Shown piece after piece: positions 40,939-48,911 of a DNA stretch of 51,458 nt; within the stretch, counting starts at the first letter, position 1, and the number at the start of each line of letters is the position of its first letter. Source of the stretch: a virus; the IMG/VR virus record IMGVR_UViG_3300028907_000006, positions 1 to 51,458 of that record. One strand, 5' to 3'. Position numbers and translations under genes: made by a program. The notes beneath the pieces were generated by a model. That model was not told the DNA's origin, made no database searches, and saw nothing but the letters and a program-made list of their open reading frames with translations.

Positions 40939-41231
40939 ATCATGCGCTCCAATGCTTTCAACTTTCTACAGACTTTACAGATCGTGTGGAGCCCATCTCT
41001 TGAAATCTTGTTTTGATGGAACTCCGACGCAGGCTTGAATGTAAGACATCTTTTACAAAATTTGTCTGGCGGCGTGGGAATCTGCGTTGGCCCCGACCAT
41101 GAGGAAGAATATTGTTTCATACACTCCTTACACCAAGATTGTCTCTGGTCTGGACTCTTTTTACTCTTGAAGAACTCGTTGAGGGCTTTGTTTTGCTTAC
41201 ACTTAGCGCATCTTTTCTGGTGTTGGTACAT
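40935..41231 (-). CDS. Double zinc-finger protein; first gene of the early operon (candidate regulator)
   Basis: Two CxxC...F......CKxC units (CAKCKQNKALNEF...CKECM and CKRCLTFKPASEF...CKVCR). Basic overall. Confidence 0.5.
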   Translation of the reverse strand: MYQHQKRCAKCKQNKALNEFFKSKKSPDQRQSWCKECMKQYSSSWSGPTQIPTPPDKFCKRCLTFKPASEFHQNKISRDGLHTICKVCRKLKALERMI

Positions 41232-41256
41232 AAATTTCTCCTTTCTCTTTCCTATT

Positions 41257-41285
41257 ATTATATCGTAAAATGTTAGATTAGTAAA
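41257..41285 (-). promoter_or_regulatory. Early promoter P8 (TTTACT-N17-TATAAT), the outermost promoter of the minus-strand arm
   Basis: On the plus strand, attata lies at 41257-41262 and agtaaa at 41280-41285 with a 17-nt spacer. Confidence 0.55.
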
Positions 41286-41340
41286 ATCTTTTTAGACTGG
41301 GTATATGGACGATTGGGGGTGGAGTTGGACGGAGTTGGGG

Positions 41341-41410
41341 TTGGAGAGTTATTGTATTATGGTCTTGGAGAGTTATTGTATTATGGTCTTGGAGAGTTAT
41401 TGTATTATGG
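41341..41410. repeat. Tandem 24-bp iteron TTGGAGAGTTATTGTATTATGGTC x 2.9
   Basis: Perfect copies at 41341-41364 and 41365-41388, with 22 nt of a third at 41389-41410. Preceded by GGAGTTGG sub-repeats. Confidence 0.9.
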
Positions 41411-41422
41411 AGTGTGAAAATA

Positions 41423-41436
41423 CGAACGTACGTTCG
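41423..41436. promoter_or_regulatory. Perfect 14-bp palindrome CGAACGTACGTTCG (operator-like), copy 1
   Basis: Self-complementary. The extended 20-mer AAAATACGAACGTACGTTCG recurs inverted at 41793-41812. Confidence 0.7.
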
Positions 41437-41792
41437 GGAGAGCAATCTTGTAAATTATGGAGGAAATCTTGGAGTGTTTTTTCGGTTAATTATTGGGAAA
41501 ATATGGATGAACTTGGATCAGCGAAATTCTGTGGATGAGTTTGTGGTAAGTCCCATGCGCGGCACTTAAAATTAAAAAAACGTAAGTATCAGAATGGGAA
41601 AATTTTGCTGTAATAATTGCTTCCTATTTAGGAATATATTAGGCTAAAATACAGAGAAATAGGTACTTATAAAGGATTATCAAAAAATAGAAATTTTACA
41701 AAGTTCTTTCAGAAGTAACTGAGGCTGAGTACAATAAAGAGTGTTGATAAAATTAGGTACTTTTAGAAGGTCTTGATAGGCAAAAAAATCAC

Positions 41793-41806
41793 CGAACGTA
41801 CGTTCG
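41793..41806. promoter_or_regulatory. Perfect 14-bp palindrome CGAACGTACGTTCG, copy 2
   Basis: The same 14-mer, followed by TATTTT (the reverse complement of the copy-1 flank). Confidence 0.7.
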
Positions 41807-42023
41807 TATTTTTTGGGAAAATTTCTTCAGGTAAAAAAAGGAAATGGGTTCTATCTTGGTTTGCCAGAGAGTGTATTATGTGGGGTTCGAGGTGCTATCA
41901 ATGCTTGTTATCAGAGTTTTACTATTTCAGTAAAATTGAGGGAAATTTTAGAAAGTGCCTTGGATAGAAACTGGGCGAAAAAACGTAAATTCCTTGGCGC
42001 CGTGAGTAAAAAAGGGTTAATAC

Positions 42024-42036
42024 TTAGTATATAATA
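42024..42036 (+). promoter_or_regulatory. Shared 13-mer TTAGTATATAATA (candidate -10 region of a plus-strand promoter)
   Basis: The identical 13-mer also occurs at 42822-42834. It contains TATAAT, and there is no good -35 at 17 nt. Confidence 0.35.
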
Positions 42037-42342
42037 TTGTTTTTTCTGCCTAAAAATCGTAGCTACTTATACAATAAAAATATTGTAGAATACAAAAGAA
42101 TATATATAAAATATACGTTTTTTTAAGTGTAAAAAAATTGCTTTTAGAAAAAACTATAAAAAAAGTGAAAAAGGAAAATATAGGGTTTGTTGAAATTTTT
42201 TAATAGTCGTTTTTTATAAAAAGGAATTTGCTAAAAAAAACGTACCACATTTTTTTGAGTACTGCGAGAAGTAAGAAGGAATTATTGTAAAAATATCGAA
42301 TATTTTACTTAGTGAGAGTATGAGAGCGAGGAGGTTGGAGAT

Positions 42343-42750
42343 TTGGGTTGGTACCGGGCTACTGAGAGGGCATTATACCTATATTGGGGGGCAGACTTAA
42401 GGAAGAAATCTTTGGAACTAATGTTGGAGGAGATGAGTGATGGACGCATAACAGCAAATTATGAACTCAGAGAGTGGTCTTTCTCGGGTGTGGGCGGTGG
42501 AGTGGATAATATCGTTCTGGCTAAAATTAAGTTGGAAAGTGAATTGGCTAGAATCGAAAAGATAATAGAAATAGTGAGTGAGGCTCTCAACAGATTAGAG
42601 GAGGATGAGTTAAATTTGGTGAGAGCTGTGTATTGGGAAAAGAAAGGTTGGGAGGATGTATGTTGTGGAATGGGTATGGATAAAAATTCCTACTATAAGC
42701 GGAGGAGGGGCATAATCAAAAAATTGAGCTGGCTGTTGGGATTTGATTGA
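42343..42750 (+). CDS. ArpU/RinA-like late transcriptional activator (sigma-region-4-like)
   Basis: TTG after GAGGAGG. 135 aa immediately upstream of terS, as in many Bacillota phages. The C-terminal ...KNSYYKRRRGIIKKLSWLLG is typical of the family. Confidence 0.6.
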   Translation: MGWYRATERALYLYWGADLRKKSLELMLEEMSDGRITANYELREWSFSGVGGGVDNIVLAKIKLESELARIEKIIEIVSEALNRLEEDELNLVRAVYWEKKGWEDVCCGMGMDKNSYYKRRRGIIKKLSWLLGFD

Positions 42751-42757
42751 TTATGGA

Positions 42758-42809
42758 GGGAAAAAATCGGGAAAAAATCGGGAAAAAATCGGGAAAAAAT
42801 CGGGAAAAC
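42758..42809. repeat. Tandem 11-bp repeat GGGAAAAAATC x 4.7 (helically phased A6 tracts)
   Basis: Copies start at 42758, 42769, 42780 and 42791, with a partial copy at 42802. Confidence 0.9.
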
Positions 42810-42821
42810 TTTTGAGTGTTT

Positions 42822-42834
42822 TTAGTATATAATA
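42822..42834 (+). promoter_or_regulatory. Candidate late promoter -10 region (TTAGTATATAATA) downstream of the phased A-tracts
   Basis: TATAAT at 42828-42833. There is no canonical -35 (TTGAGT is only 10 nt away), consistent with activator dependence. Confidence 0.4.
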
Positions 42835-42863
42835 GATATAGTTGAATATATGTGGCTGTGGTT

Positions 42864-42884
42864 GATTGATGATTGATGATTGAT
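42864..42884. repeat. Tandem heptamer GATTGAT x 3 (TGA in all three frames)
   Basis: Read directly; located immediately upstream of the terS RBS. Confidence 0.85.
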
Positions 42885-42904
42885 GCTTGAGAGGAGGTGA
42901 GACT

Positions 42905-43420
42905 GTGGGTTATAAAGGTGCTGGTATTAGTCCTCCAGATCGCAAAATTTTTGGAACATATAGCAATGGGCTAGTTCTTGAGTTGTTGACTCCAGAAGTG
43001 AGTAAGAAAATTTGTAACTTGGTTCGTGTTGGGAACTACTTGGATACAGCGGCCGCAGCTTGTGGCGTTACCAGAGCTACGCTTCACCGATGGTTGCGTA
43101 TAGGAAACAAAGATTTAGAGATGGGCCGCAAAACAGTTCACTCCCGCTTTGTAAATCGGGTTCATAGAGTCATGGCTGAATCTGAACTTTTGTCTCTCGC
43201 AATGCTGAACGATCATGGGTTGAAATCGTGGCAAGCGGTTGCTTGGAAGATGGAGCGGAGATTCCCGGAACGTTGGGGGAAGAGCTACAAGGCTGAGATT
43301 GAATTGACTGGAAAAGATGGTGGTCCAATTGAGATCGGAGATGCTAGAAAACAACTCCTTGGCCGACTATTTGCGGATGAACCCAGTCTTGGGGAAACAG
43401 AAAATAGCGAGGATGAGTGA
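42905..43420 (+). CDS. terS: Terminase small subunit
   Basis: The GTG at 42905 is 5 nt after GAGGAGGTGA. Helix-turn-helix AAACGVTRATLHRWLRIG. The stop overlaps the terL start. Confidence 0.7.
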   Translation: MGYKGAGISPPDRKIFGTYSNGLVLELLTPEVSKKICNLVRVGNYLDTAAAACGVTRATLHRWLRIGNKDLEMGRKTVHSRFVNRVHRVMAESELLSLAMLNDHGLKSWQAVAWKMERRFPERWGKSYKAEIELTGKDGGPIEIGDARKQLLGRLFADEPSLGETENSEDE

Positions 43421-44636
43421 TTCTGAAGCATTAGAGTTGATGTATAATTGGTCTTTTTGGGCCAGGCCAAATCAAATTCCTCCTTCGGCTGTAGATTGGA
43501 GTACATGGTTGATATGTACCGGGCGTGGCTGGGGGAAAACTCGGACTGGTGCTGAGTGGGTGAGATGGTTGGCTGAAAGCGGTAAATTTGGGAGGATTGC
43601 TCTGGTCGGGGCTACGGCGGCTGACGTCAGAGATATCATGATTGAAGGAGACAGTGGGATAAAGGCTGTTTGTCCTCCATGGAACTATCCTAATTATGAG
43701 CCCAGCAAGCGGAGATTGACTTGGCCTAATGGCGTCCGGGCTATCGCATATTCTGCTGAAGAACCAGCCCGGTTGAGGGGGCCACAGCATCATGCGGCTT
43801 GGGCCGACGAATTGGCTAGTTGGAAATATCCTGAGACATACGATATGCTGTTGTTAGGGTTGCGGCTAGGGGTTAAGCCAAGAGTGGTAGTCACAACCAC
43901 TCCTAAACCAATCAAAATCATACGAGAATTGGTGAAAGACGACACCACCACAGTAACTACTGGGAGCACTTTTGAAAATCGAGCTAATCTGGCTAAGACA
44001 TTTCTAAATGAAGTCACAAAGAAGTATGAAGGCACTAGGCTCGGGCGCCAAGAATTGTATGCGGAAATTCTTGAAGATGTCGAGGGGGCTTTGTGGAATC
44101 GGGACATGCTGGAAGCTGTAAGGGTGTCTACAGTTCCAGACATGAAAAGAATTGTAGTTGCCGTTGATCCTTCGGTTTCTAACAATGAAAATTCGGCTGA
44201 GACTGGAATTATAGTTGTTGGTCTGGGGGTAGATGGTAATGGGTATATCATCGATGATAAAAGCATGGTAGGTTCTCCCGACGAATGGAGCAGTGAAGTC
44301 ATAGCTCTCTATAACAAACACAAAGCAGATCGAATTGTTGTTGAAGTTAATCAAGGTGGAGATTTGGTTGAGACTGTTTTGAGAACCAAATTCACGAGGG
44401 CGCCAATTAAGAAGGTTCATGCTTCCCGGGGCAAACAAACAAGAGCTGAGCCGGTGGTAGCTTTGTACGAACAAAAGAGAGTTAAACATATTGGATTTTT
44501 TCCTTTTCTGGAAGATCAACTCTGCTCTTGGGTCCCAGGAATAAGTAAGAGTCCAGACAGAATGGATGCTCTTGTTTGGGGGATTACAAGTTTGATGCTT
44601 GAAAATGAGCCGACTTTGCGGGTCAGGCGTTTATAA
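43413..44636 (+). CDS. terL: Terminase large subunit
   Basis: ATG at 43413 (GGATGAGTGA overlap with the terS stop). WSFWARPNQIPP...LICTGRGWGKTRTGAEW (Walker A) and a C-terminal RNaseH-like nuclease region (VAVDPS...). Confidence 0.9.
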   Translation: MSDSEALELMYNWSFWARPNQIPPSAVDWSTWLICTGRGWGKTRTGAEWVRWLAESGKFGRIALVGATAADVRDIMIEGDSGIKAVCPPWNYPNYEPSKRRLTWPNGVRAIAYSAEEPARLRGPQHHAAWADELASWKYPETYDMLLLGLRLGVKPRVVVTTTPKPIKIIRELVKDDTTTVTTGSTFENRANLAKTFLNEVTKKYEGTRLGRQELYAEILEDVEGALWNRDMLEAVRVSTVPDMKRIVVAVDPSVSNNENSAETGIIVVGLGVDGNGYIIDDKSMVGSPDEWSSEVIALYNKHKADRIVVEVNQGGDLVETVLRTKFTRAPIKKVHASRGKQTRAEPVVALYEQKRVKHIGFFPFLEDQLCSWVPGISKSPDRMDALVWGITSLMLENEPTLRVRRL

Positions 44637-44649
44637 GGGGGCGTGGGGG

Positions 44650-45429
44650 TTGAGAAAAATAACTCAGTTGTGTCTGGGTACAGTTCAACTTGGTATGCCT
44701 TATGTTACCAAAAAACCAAAATTGAAGGATTCATTGGAGATTCTTGCGTTTGCTGAGAGCGCAGGAATTTCTTGTTTTGATACAGCTCAAGCCTATGGTA
44801 CAGCGGAGGAGATTTTGGGTACATTCGGTATGGGTGGAGACAGAAAGGTGATTACCAAGTTACACCCGGATGCTACAAGGGTCGATATTCAACTGTCGTT
44901 GGATAGATTGGGTGTAAGTAAGGTGTTTGCTTTTTTGTTGCATCGGCCCAGCCATATGTATTCGTATGGAATCGCTCACCGTATGAGAGAGTTGAGAGAG
45001 CAGGGTTATTGCGATCATGTGGGAGTATCTGTGTATGATAAAGGAGATGCTATTTGGGCGGCTAATGCTGATTGGGTTAGCGCCATAGAATTTCCTTATA
45101 ACTTGTTGTGTAAGGAGCTGGATGATTCTCCCTTCTTCGACTTGGCGGCAGGGAAGGTGCTGATAGCAAGACAGCCATTCGCTAAAGGTGAATTGTTCCG
45201 CTGTGGGATGGACTTCTTTGGGGTGAATCGGGCTCAGGCGTGTCTGCAATTTGTTATGAATCATATACCCAGGTTCGACTATGTGGCCTTCGGGGTAGAT
45301 GATTTAAGACAATTGCAGGAGAATGTTGAGGGCTCAAAGAAAAGCGTGCCGATGATGGAATCCAATCGAATTTGGAGAGAATCATTGAAGCTCAACGCTT
45401 ATCTGCCGCCCAGTTTGTGGGCCAATTAG
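44650..45429 (+). CDS. Aldo/keto reductase-family oxidoreductase
   Basis: LGTVQLGMPY...SAGISCFDTAQAYGTAEEILG is the AKR N-terminal signature. TTG at 44650 after AAGGGGGCGTGGGGG. Confidence 0.65.
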   Translation: MRKITQLCLGTVQLGMPYVTKKPKLKDSLEILAFAESAGISCFDTAQAYGTAEEILGTFGMGGDRKVITKLHPDATRVDIQLSLDRLGVSKVFAFLLHRPSHMYSYGIAHRMRELREQGYCDHVGVSVYDKGDAIWAANADWVSAIEFPYNLLCKELDDSPFFDLAAGKVLIARQPFAKGELFRCGMDFFGVNRAQACLQFVMNHIPRFDYVAFGVDDLRQLQENVEGSKKSVPMMESNRIWRESLKLNAYLPPSLWAN

Positions 45430-46128
45430 ATGGGTGTTGTAGCTATCGTTCAAGCTCGACTAGGGTCAACTAGGTTGCCTGGAAAAGTTCTAATGGACTT
45501 GGAGGGGCAACCCATGTTGTATAGACAACTTGAAAGAATCAAAAGAAGTAGGTTGTTGGATGATGTGGTGGTAGCAACCAGCTGTTTGGAGAAAGATAAT
45601 GCTTTGGAAGAGTTCTGCTGGCGTGTAGGGGTTGCATGCTACCGGGGCTCAGAGAAGGATGTTCTGAGTAGGTATTTGGCTACCGCTTATCATATTGGGC
45701 TTTCTGATGGTGATAGTATAGTTCGATTGACTGCAGATTGTCCGTTGACTGATTGGCGCATGATAGATCGGGTTATACTGAACCACAAGAAGTATGGAGC
45801 AGACTATACGTCAAATGTAATTCCTCCTACTTATCCTGATGGATTGGATGTAGAAGTTTTTACACTTGATACATTGGAGAAAGCCTGGATTCATAACAAT
45901 AAAGTTCATTGCGAAGATTGTTCGGAACATGTTACGACCCACATGAAAGATTTGAAATACTTCAAGACCATAAGTGTAGTGGGTGAAGAAGATTTGTCTA
46001 GGCTGAAGTGGTCGGTAGATACTATGGACGATTTGATGTTTGTGAGGGGGGTGTATAAAAAGTTGTTTAAGTCCAATCCCGACTTCGGGGCAGAGGAAAT
46101 TTTGGAGCTGTATGGCAATCGAATTTGA
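45430..46128 (+). CDS. SpsF/COG1861-type cytidylyltransferase (acylneuraminate cytidylyltransferase-like; candidate CMP-sugar synthetase)
   Basis: VAIVQARLGSTRLPGKVL N-terminal motif. Confidence 0.7.
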   Translation: MGVVAIVQARLGSTRLPGKVLMDLEGQPMLYRQLERIKRSRLLDDVVVATSCLEKDNALEEFCWRVGVACYRGSEKDVLSRYLATAYHIGLSDGDSIVRLTADCPLTDWRMIDRVILNHKKYGADYTSNVIPPTYPDGLDVEVFTLDTLEKAWIHNNKVHCEDCSEHVTTHMKDLKYFKTISVVGEEDLSRLKWSVDTMDDLMFVRGVYKKLFKSNPDFGAEEILELYGNRI

Positions 46129-46168
46129 CTGGATACAATAAGAGAGTGTAAATGAAGGAGGGGCAATT

Positions 46169-47416
46169 GTGAATTTTTCCGAGTCAGACGTGGCGTTGGA
46201 AAGAGCTTTACAAGTTATTCCAAATGGGACATGTACGTTCTCAAAATCTCGAACCATGCTCCCGGTCGGGCATAGCCCATTTTATGCAGACAGAGGATTT
46301 GGCGGTCATCTGTGGGACATTGATGATAATGAATTTTTGGACTTGACTATGGGGCTAACTGCGGTCACTCTCGGGTATAGACACAAAAGAGTGGACCAAG
46401 CAGTTATGGCTCAAGTAAAAAGGGGAGGAGCTATTTTCTCTCTGCCTCAAAATTTGGAAATTACCGTGGCTGAACGAATAATTGATATGGTTCCTTGTGC
46501 CGAGATGGTGAGATTTGGCAAGAATGGGTCTGATGTAACTGCTGGAGCAGTAAGATTGGCTCGATATGTTACTGGGCGAGATATGGTGTTGTGTTGCGGC
46601 TACCATGGTTGGCAGGATTGGTACATCGGCACTACCGGGAGGAATGGGGGCGTGCCGGCGGTTGTATCGGAGTTGACTAAACAATTTCGGTACAATGATA
46701 TTCTTCACCTCACTGTTCTGTTGGAGAAGTATGAAGGCCAAGTTGCTTGCGTGATTATGGAGCCAATGAATAGGGTTTTTCCCGTTCCTGGCTTTTTGCA
46801 ATCGGTACAAAATTTGTGTAAGAAATATGGCGTGATATTTATTTTGGATGAAGTTATTACCGGATTCCGTTTTGCAAATGGCGGGGCTCAGGAGTATTTT
46901 GGAATTGTTCCTGATATGTGTACTCTTGGAAAAGGGATTGCCAATGGGTATCCTCTATCAGCTGTTTGCGGCAAACGAGAATTGATGGAGGAGTTCTCCA
47001 AGATACACTTCTCATTCACCTACGCCAGTGACTCGATTGCTTTAACAGCGGCTAATACTACGTTGTTGGAGTACAAGTATGGAGATGTCTGTGAGAAGTT
47101 AGCTGAGCGTGGAGAAAAGTTGAAGACGGAGTTAAACAAGAGTATTCGGGAGATTGGGATCACGCATTTAATTTCTTCGGTCAGCGGCCATCCGGCTTGG
47201 TCTCATTTCAACTTCAAAGATGATGTGGTTAAAAGCGAGTTTTTGAAGCAAGTACACTCTCTTGGAATATTGACTGCAGGTACAAATAATTTGTGCTATA
47301 TGCATACAGACGCAGATATTGATTATGCTCTATGTATGTACGAGATAGCATTTGAGCGTTTGGCCTCTCTTGATTGGACTAAAGCTGATTGCTTGGTTGA
47401 GAGGGGGGTCAGATAA
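46169..47416 (+). CDS. Class-III PLP-dependent aminotransferase (glutamate-1-semialdehyde aminomutase-like)
   Basis: GTG after GAAGGAGGGG. DEVITGFRF and the PLP-lysine region CTLGKGIANGYP. Confidence 0.75.
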   Translation: MNFSESDVALERALQVIPNGTCTFSKSRTMLPVGHSPFYADRGFGGHLWDIDDNEFLDLTMGLTAVTLGYRHKRVDQAVMAQVKRGGAIFSLPQNLEITVAERIIDMVPCAEMVRFGKNGSDVTAGAVRLARYVTGRDMVLCCGYHGWQDWYIGTTGRNGGVPAVVSELTKQFRYNDILHLTVLLEKYEGQVACVIMEPMNRVFPVPGFLQSVQNLCKKYGVIFILDEVITGFRFANGGAQEYFGIVPDMCTLGKGIANGYPLSAVCGKRELMEEFSKIHFSFTYASDSIALTAANTTLLEYKYGDVCEKLAERGEKLKTELNKSIREIGITHLISSVSGHPAWSHFNFKDDVVKSEFLKQVHSLGILTAGTNNLCYMHTDADIDYALCMYEIAFERLASLDWTKADCLVERGVR

Positions 47417-47946
47417 TGAAAGAAGTATCCTTCAAGGCGTTGAAAAAAGAGGACATGGCTCAGATCGTGGAATGGAGAAATTCTACTGTTGGTGTATTGC
47501 GTACTCCATTCTTGATGACTAAAGATATGCAGGAGGAGTTCTATGAAAGAACGGTCTGTGATCGTGGGGCTGATTCCAGATATTTCGCTATTCATTTTGA
47601 TGGTTCTCTGGTTGGTATGGCAGGCGTAAACAACATATCTTGGGAGAACCGCAATGGAGAAATCTCTTTGTTAGTCAATCCGAAGTTGCGGGGCAAAGGG
47701 ATCGGCTCTATGGCTGTTTTGGAAATTTTGCGTATCGGATTCAACTGCATGAACTTGGAGAATATCTATGGCGAGTGCTATTTCAGCAATCGGGCTGGAA
47801 TAAAGTTCTGGGAATCGCAAATTGAAAGGTTTCATGGATACACGGCTATCCTTCCCAACAGAAAGTTCTTTGGAGGAGAATACCACGACTCATTGTACTT
47901 CTCCTTTAATCGTAAAACTGTTTGGGAGGGGGGCGAACGTGTATGA
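47416..47946 (+). CDS. GNAT N-acetyltransferase (PseH-like)
   Basis: L.KEDMAQIVEWRNS......P and the GNAT core RGKGIGS. TAATG overlap with the upstream stop. Confidence 0.65.
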   Translation: MKEVSFKALKKEDMAQIVEWRNSTVGVLRTPFLMTKDMQEEFYERTVCDRGADSRYFAIHFDGSLVGMAGVNNISWENRNGEISLLVNPKLRGKGIGSMAVLEILRIGFNCMNLENIYGECYFSNRAGIKFWESQIERFHGYTAILPNRKFFGGEYHDSLYFSFNRKTVWEGGERV

Positions 47947-48911
47947 GGCTCAAATTTATTGCTGAGATGAGCGCAAACCACAACGGTTCTTTGGAGAGGG
48001 CGTTAAAGATCGCTGAAATGGCCGCTGGAGCTGGCTGTTTTGCGCTGAAGCTCCAAACATACACTCCCGAAGAAATTACAATGGACCCAGAGCTGAGGAA
48101 AATTTATGAAGTAGGACAAACGCCCAGGGAATGGCACAAAGATATTTTCAATCATTGTAAGGTGCTAGGCATACGCTGTTTTTCGTCCCCATTCAGCGTT
48201 GGTGCCGTCGATTTTCTGGAACAATTTGAGCCCTGGGCGTACAAAATATCCAGCTTTGAGATTGGGGATTTGGAGTTGGTAAAAGCCGTAGCCAAAACAA
48301 AGCGGAACGTTGTTATGTCTATTGGAATGGCGTCGAAGCTGGAAATTCAATTGGCTTTGGATACGCTGAGGGAATATGGGGCGGCGTCAATAACTCTATT
48401 GAAATGTACTTCGGCTTATCCTGCTCCGGTCGAGAATATGAATTTGATTACATTGCTTGAAATGAAAAGGTTGTATAAAACCGAGGTGGGAATATCAGAC
48501 CACAATTTATCCCATTTGCCTTCGCTAGTGGCTATTTCACTTGGGGCTACTATGGTTGAAAAACACTTTACGTTGAAGCGGAGCGATGGTGGGATTGACT
48601 CCATGTTTTCGATTGAGCCCGGGGAGATGGTTGATTTAATCGCTCAAGCCGGTTGGGTTGAAAAGATTGCGGGCAAAGTCCATTTTGGTCCCACTCCCGG
48701 AGAACGTGTGGATTTGAAAAGATCGCTACATGTTGTTGAGGATTTGAAGAAAGGCGATGCGCTAGGATTCAACAACGTAAAGGCTCTCAGGCCGGCTGGA
48801 GGGTTAGCCCCCAAGACTTTATACAGCATACTCGGGGCTCATGTAAATAAAGATGTATCTGCTGGCTCTCCGTTGACGATAGACATGGTTGAATTCGGGA
48901 GGGTTAAATAA
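47943..48911 (+). CDS. NeuB/PseI-family nonulosonic-acid synthase (PEP-condensing) with a C-terminal SAF-like domain
   Basis: FIAEMSANHNGSLERALKIAEMAAGAG..ALKLQTY and ISDH. The ATG at 43 of 47943 overlaps the GNAT stop (ATGA). Confidence 0.8.
   Translation: MRLKFIAEMSANHNGSLERALKIAEMAAGAGCFALKLQTYTPEEITMDPELRKIYEVGQTPREWHKDIFNHCKVLGIRCFSSPFSVGAVDFLEQFEPWAYKISSFEIGDLELVKAVAKTKRNVVMSIGMASKLEIQLALDTLREYGAASITLLKCTSAYPAPVENMNLITLLEMKRLYKTEVGISDHNLSHLPSLVAISLGATMVEKHFTLKRSDGGIDSMFSIEPGEMVDLIAQAGWVEKIAGKVHFGPTPGERVDLKRSLHVVEDLKKGDALGFNNVKALRPAGGLAPKTLYSILGAHVNKDVSAGSPLTIDMVEFGRVK

Noticed and set aside
22123-41231. Search for integrase, excisionase, CI/Cro-type repressor or toxin-antitoxin/defence cassettes on the early arm
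   Set aside because: I recognised no tyrosine or serine recombinase motifs and no CI-like HTH-peptidase architecture in any ORF over 60 aa. The genome is therefore described as probably virulent. This is a negative result from motif reading only.
41341-41410. Possible CRISPR array
   Set aside because: The repeats are directly tandem with no spacers, there are only 2.9 copies, and no cas genes are present.
41305-41538. 77-aa ORF spanning the 24-bp tandem repeats, and the ORFs at 41773..41967 and 41813..42034
   Set aside because: The translation simply repeats LESYCIMV because of the iterons. There is no RBS, and the ORFs lie in the AT-rich regulatory region. I treat them as non-coding.
41880-41900. 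tRNA-like GGTTCGAGG (T-loop-like) string
   Set aside because: No complementary T-stem, acceptor stem or anticodon arm can be drawn around it. I found no tRNA anywhere in the window.
42812-42817. TTGAGT as the -35 element for the TATAAT at 42828
   Set aside because: The spacer would be only 10 nt, which is incompatible with a sigma-A-type promoter. The promoter is more likely activator-dependent.
43790-44519. 170-171-aa minus-strand ORFs inside terL, with similar antisense ORFs inside the sugar genes (44860..45264, 45811..46257, 46355..46810)
   Set aside because: They are antisense to genes with clear family motifs and have no RBS. They are shadow ORFs.
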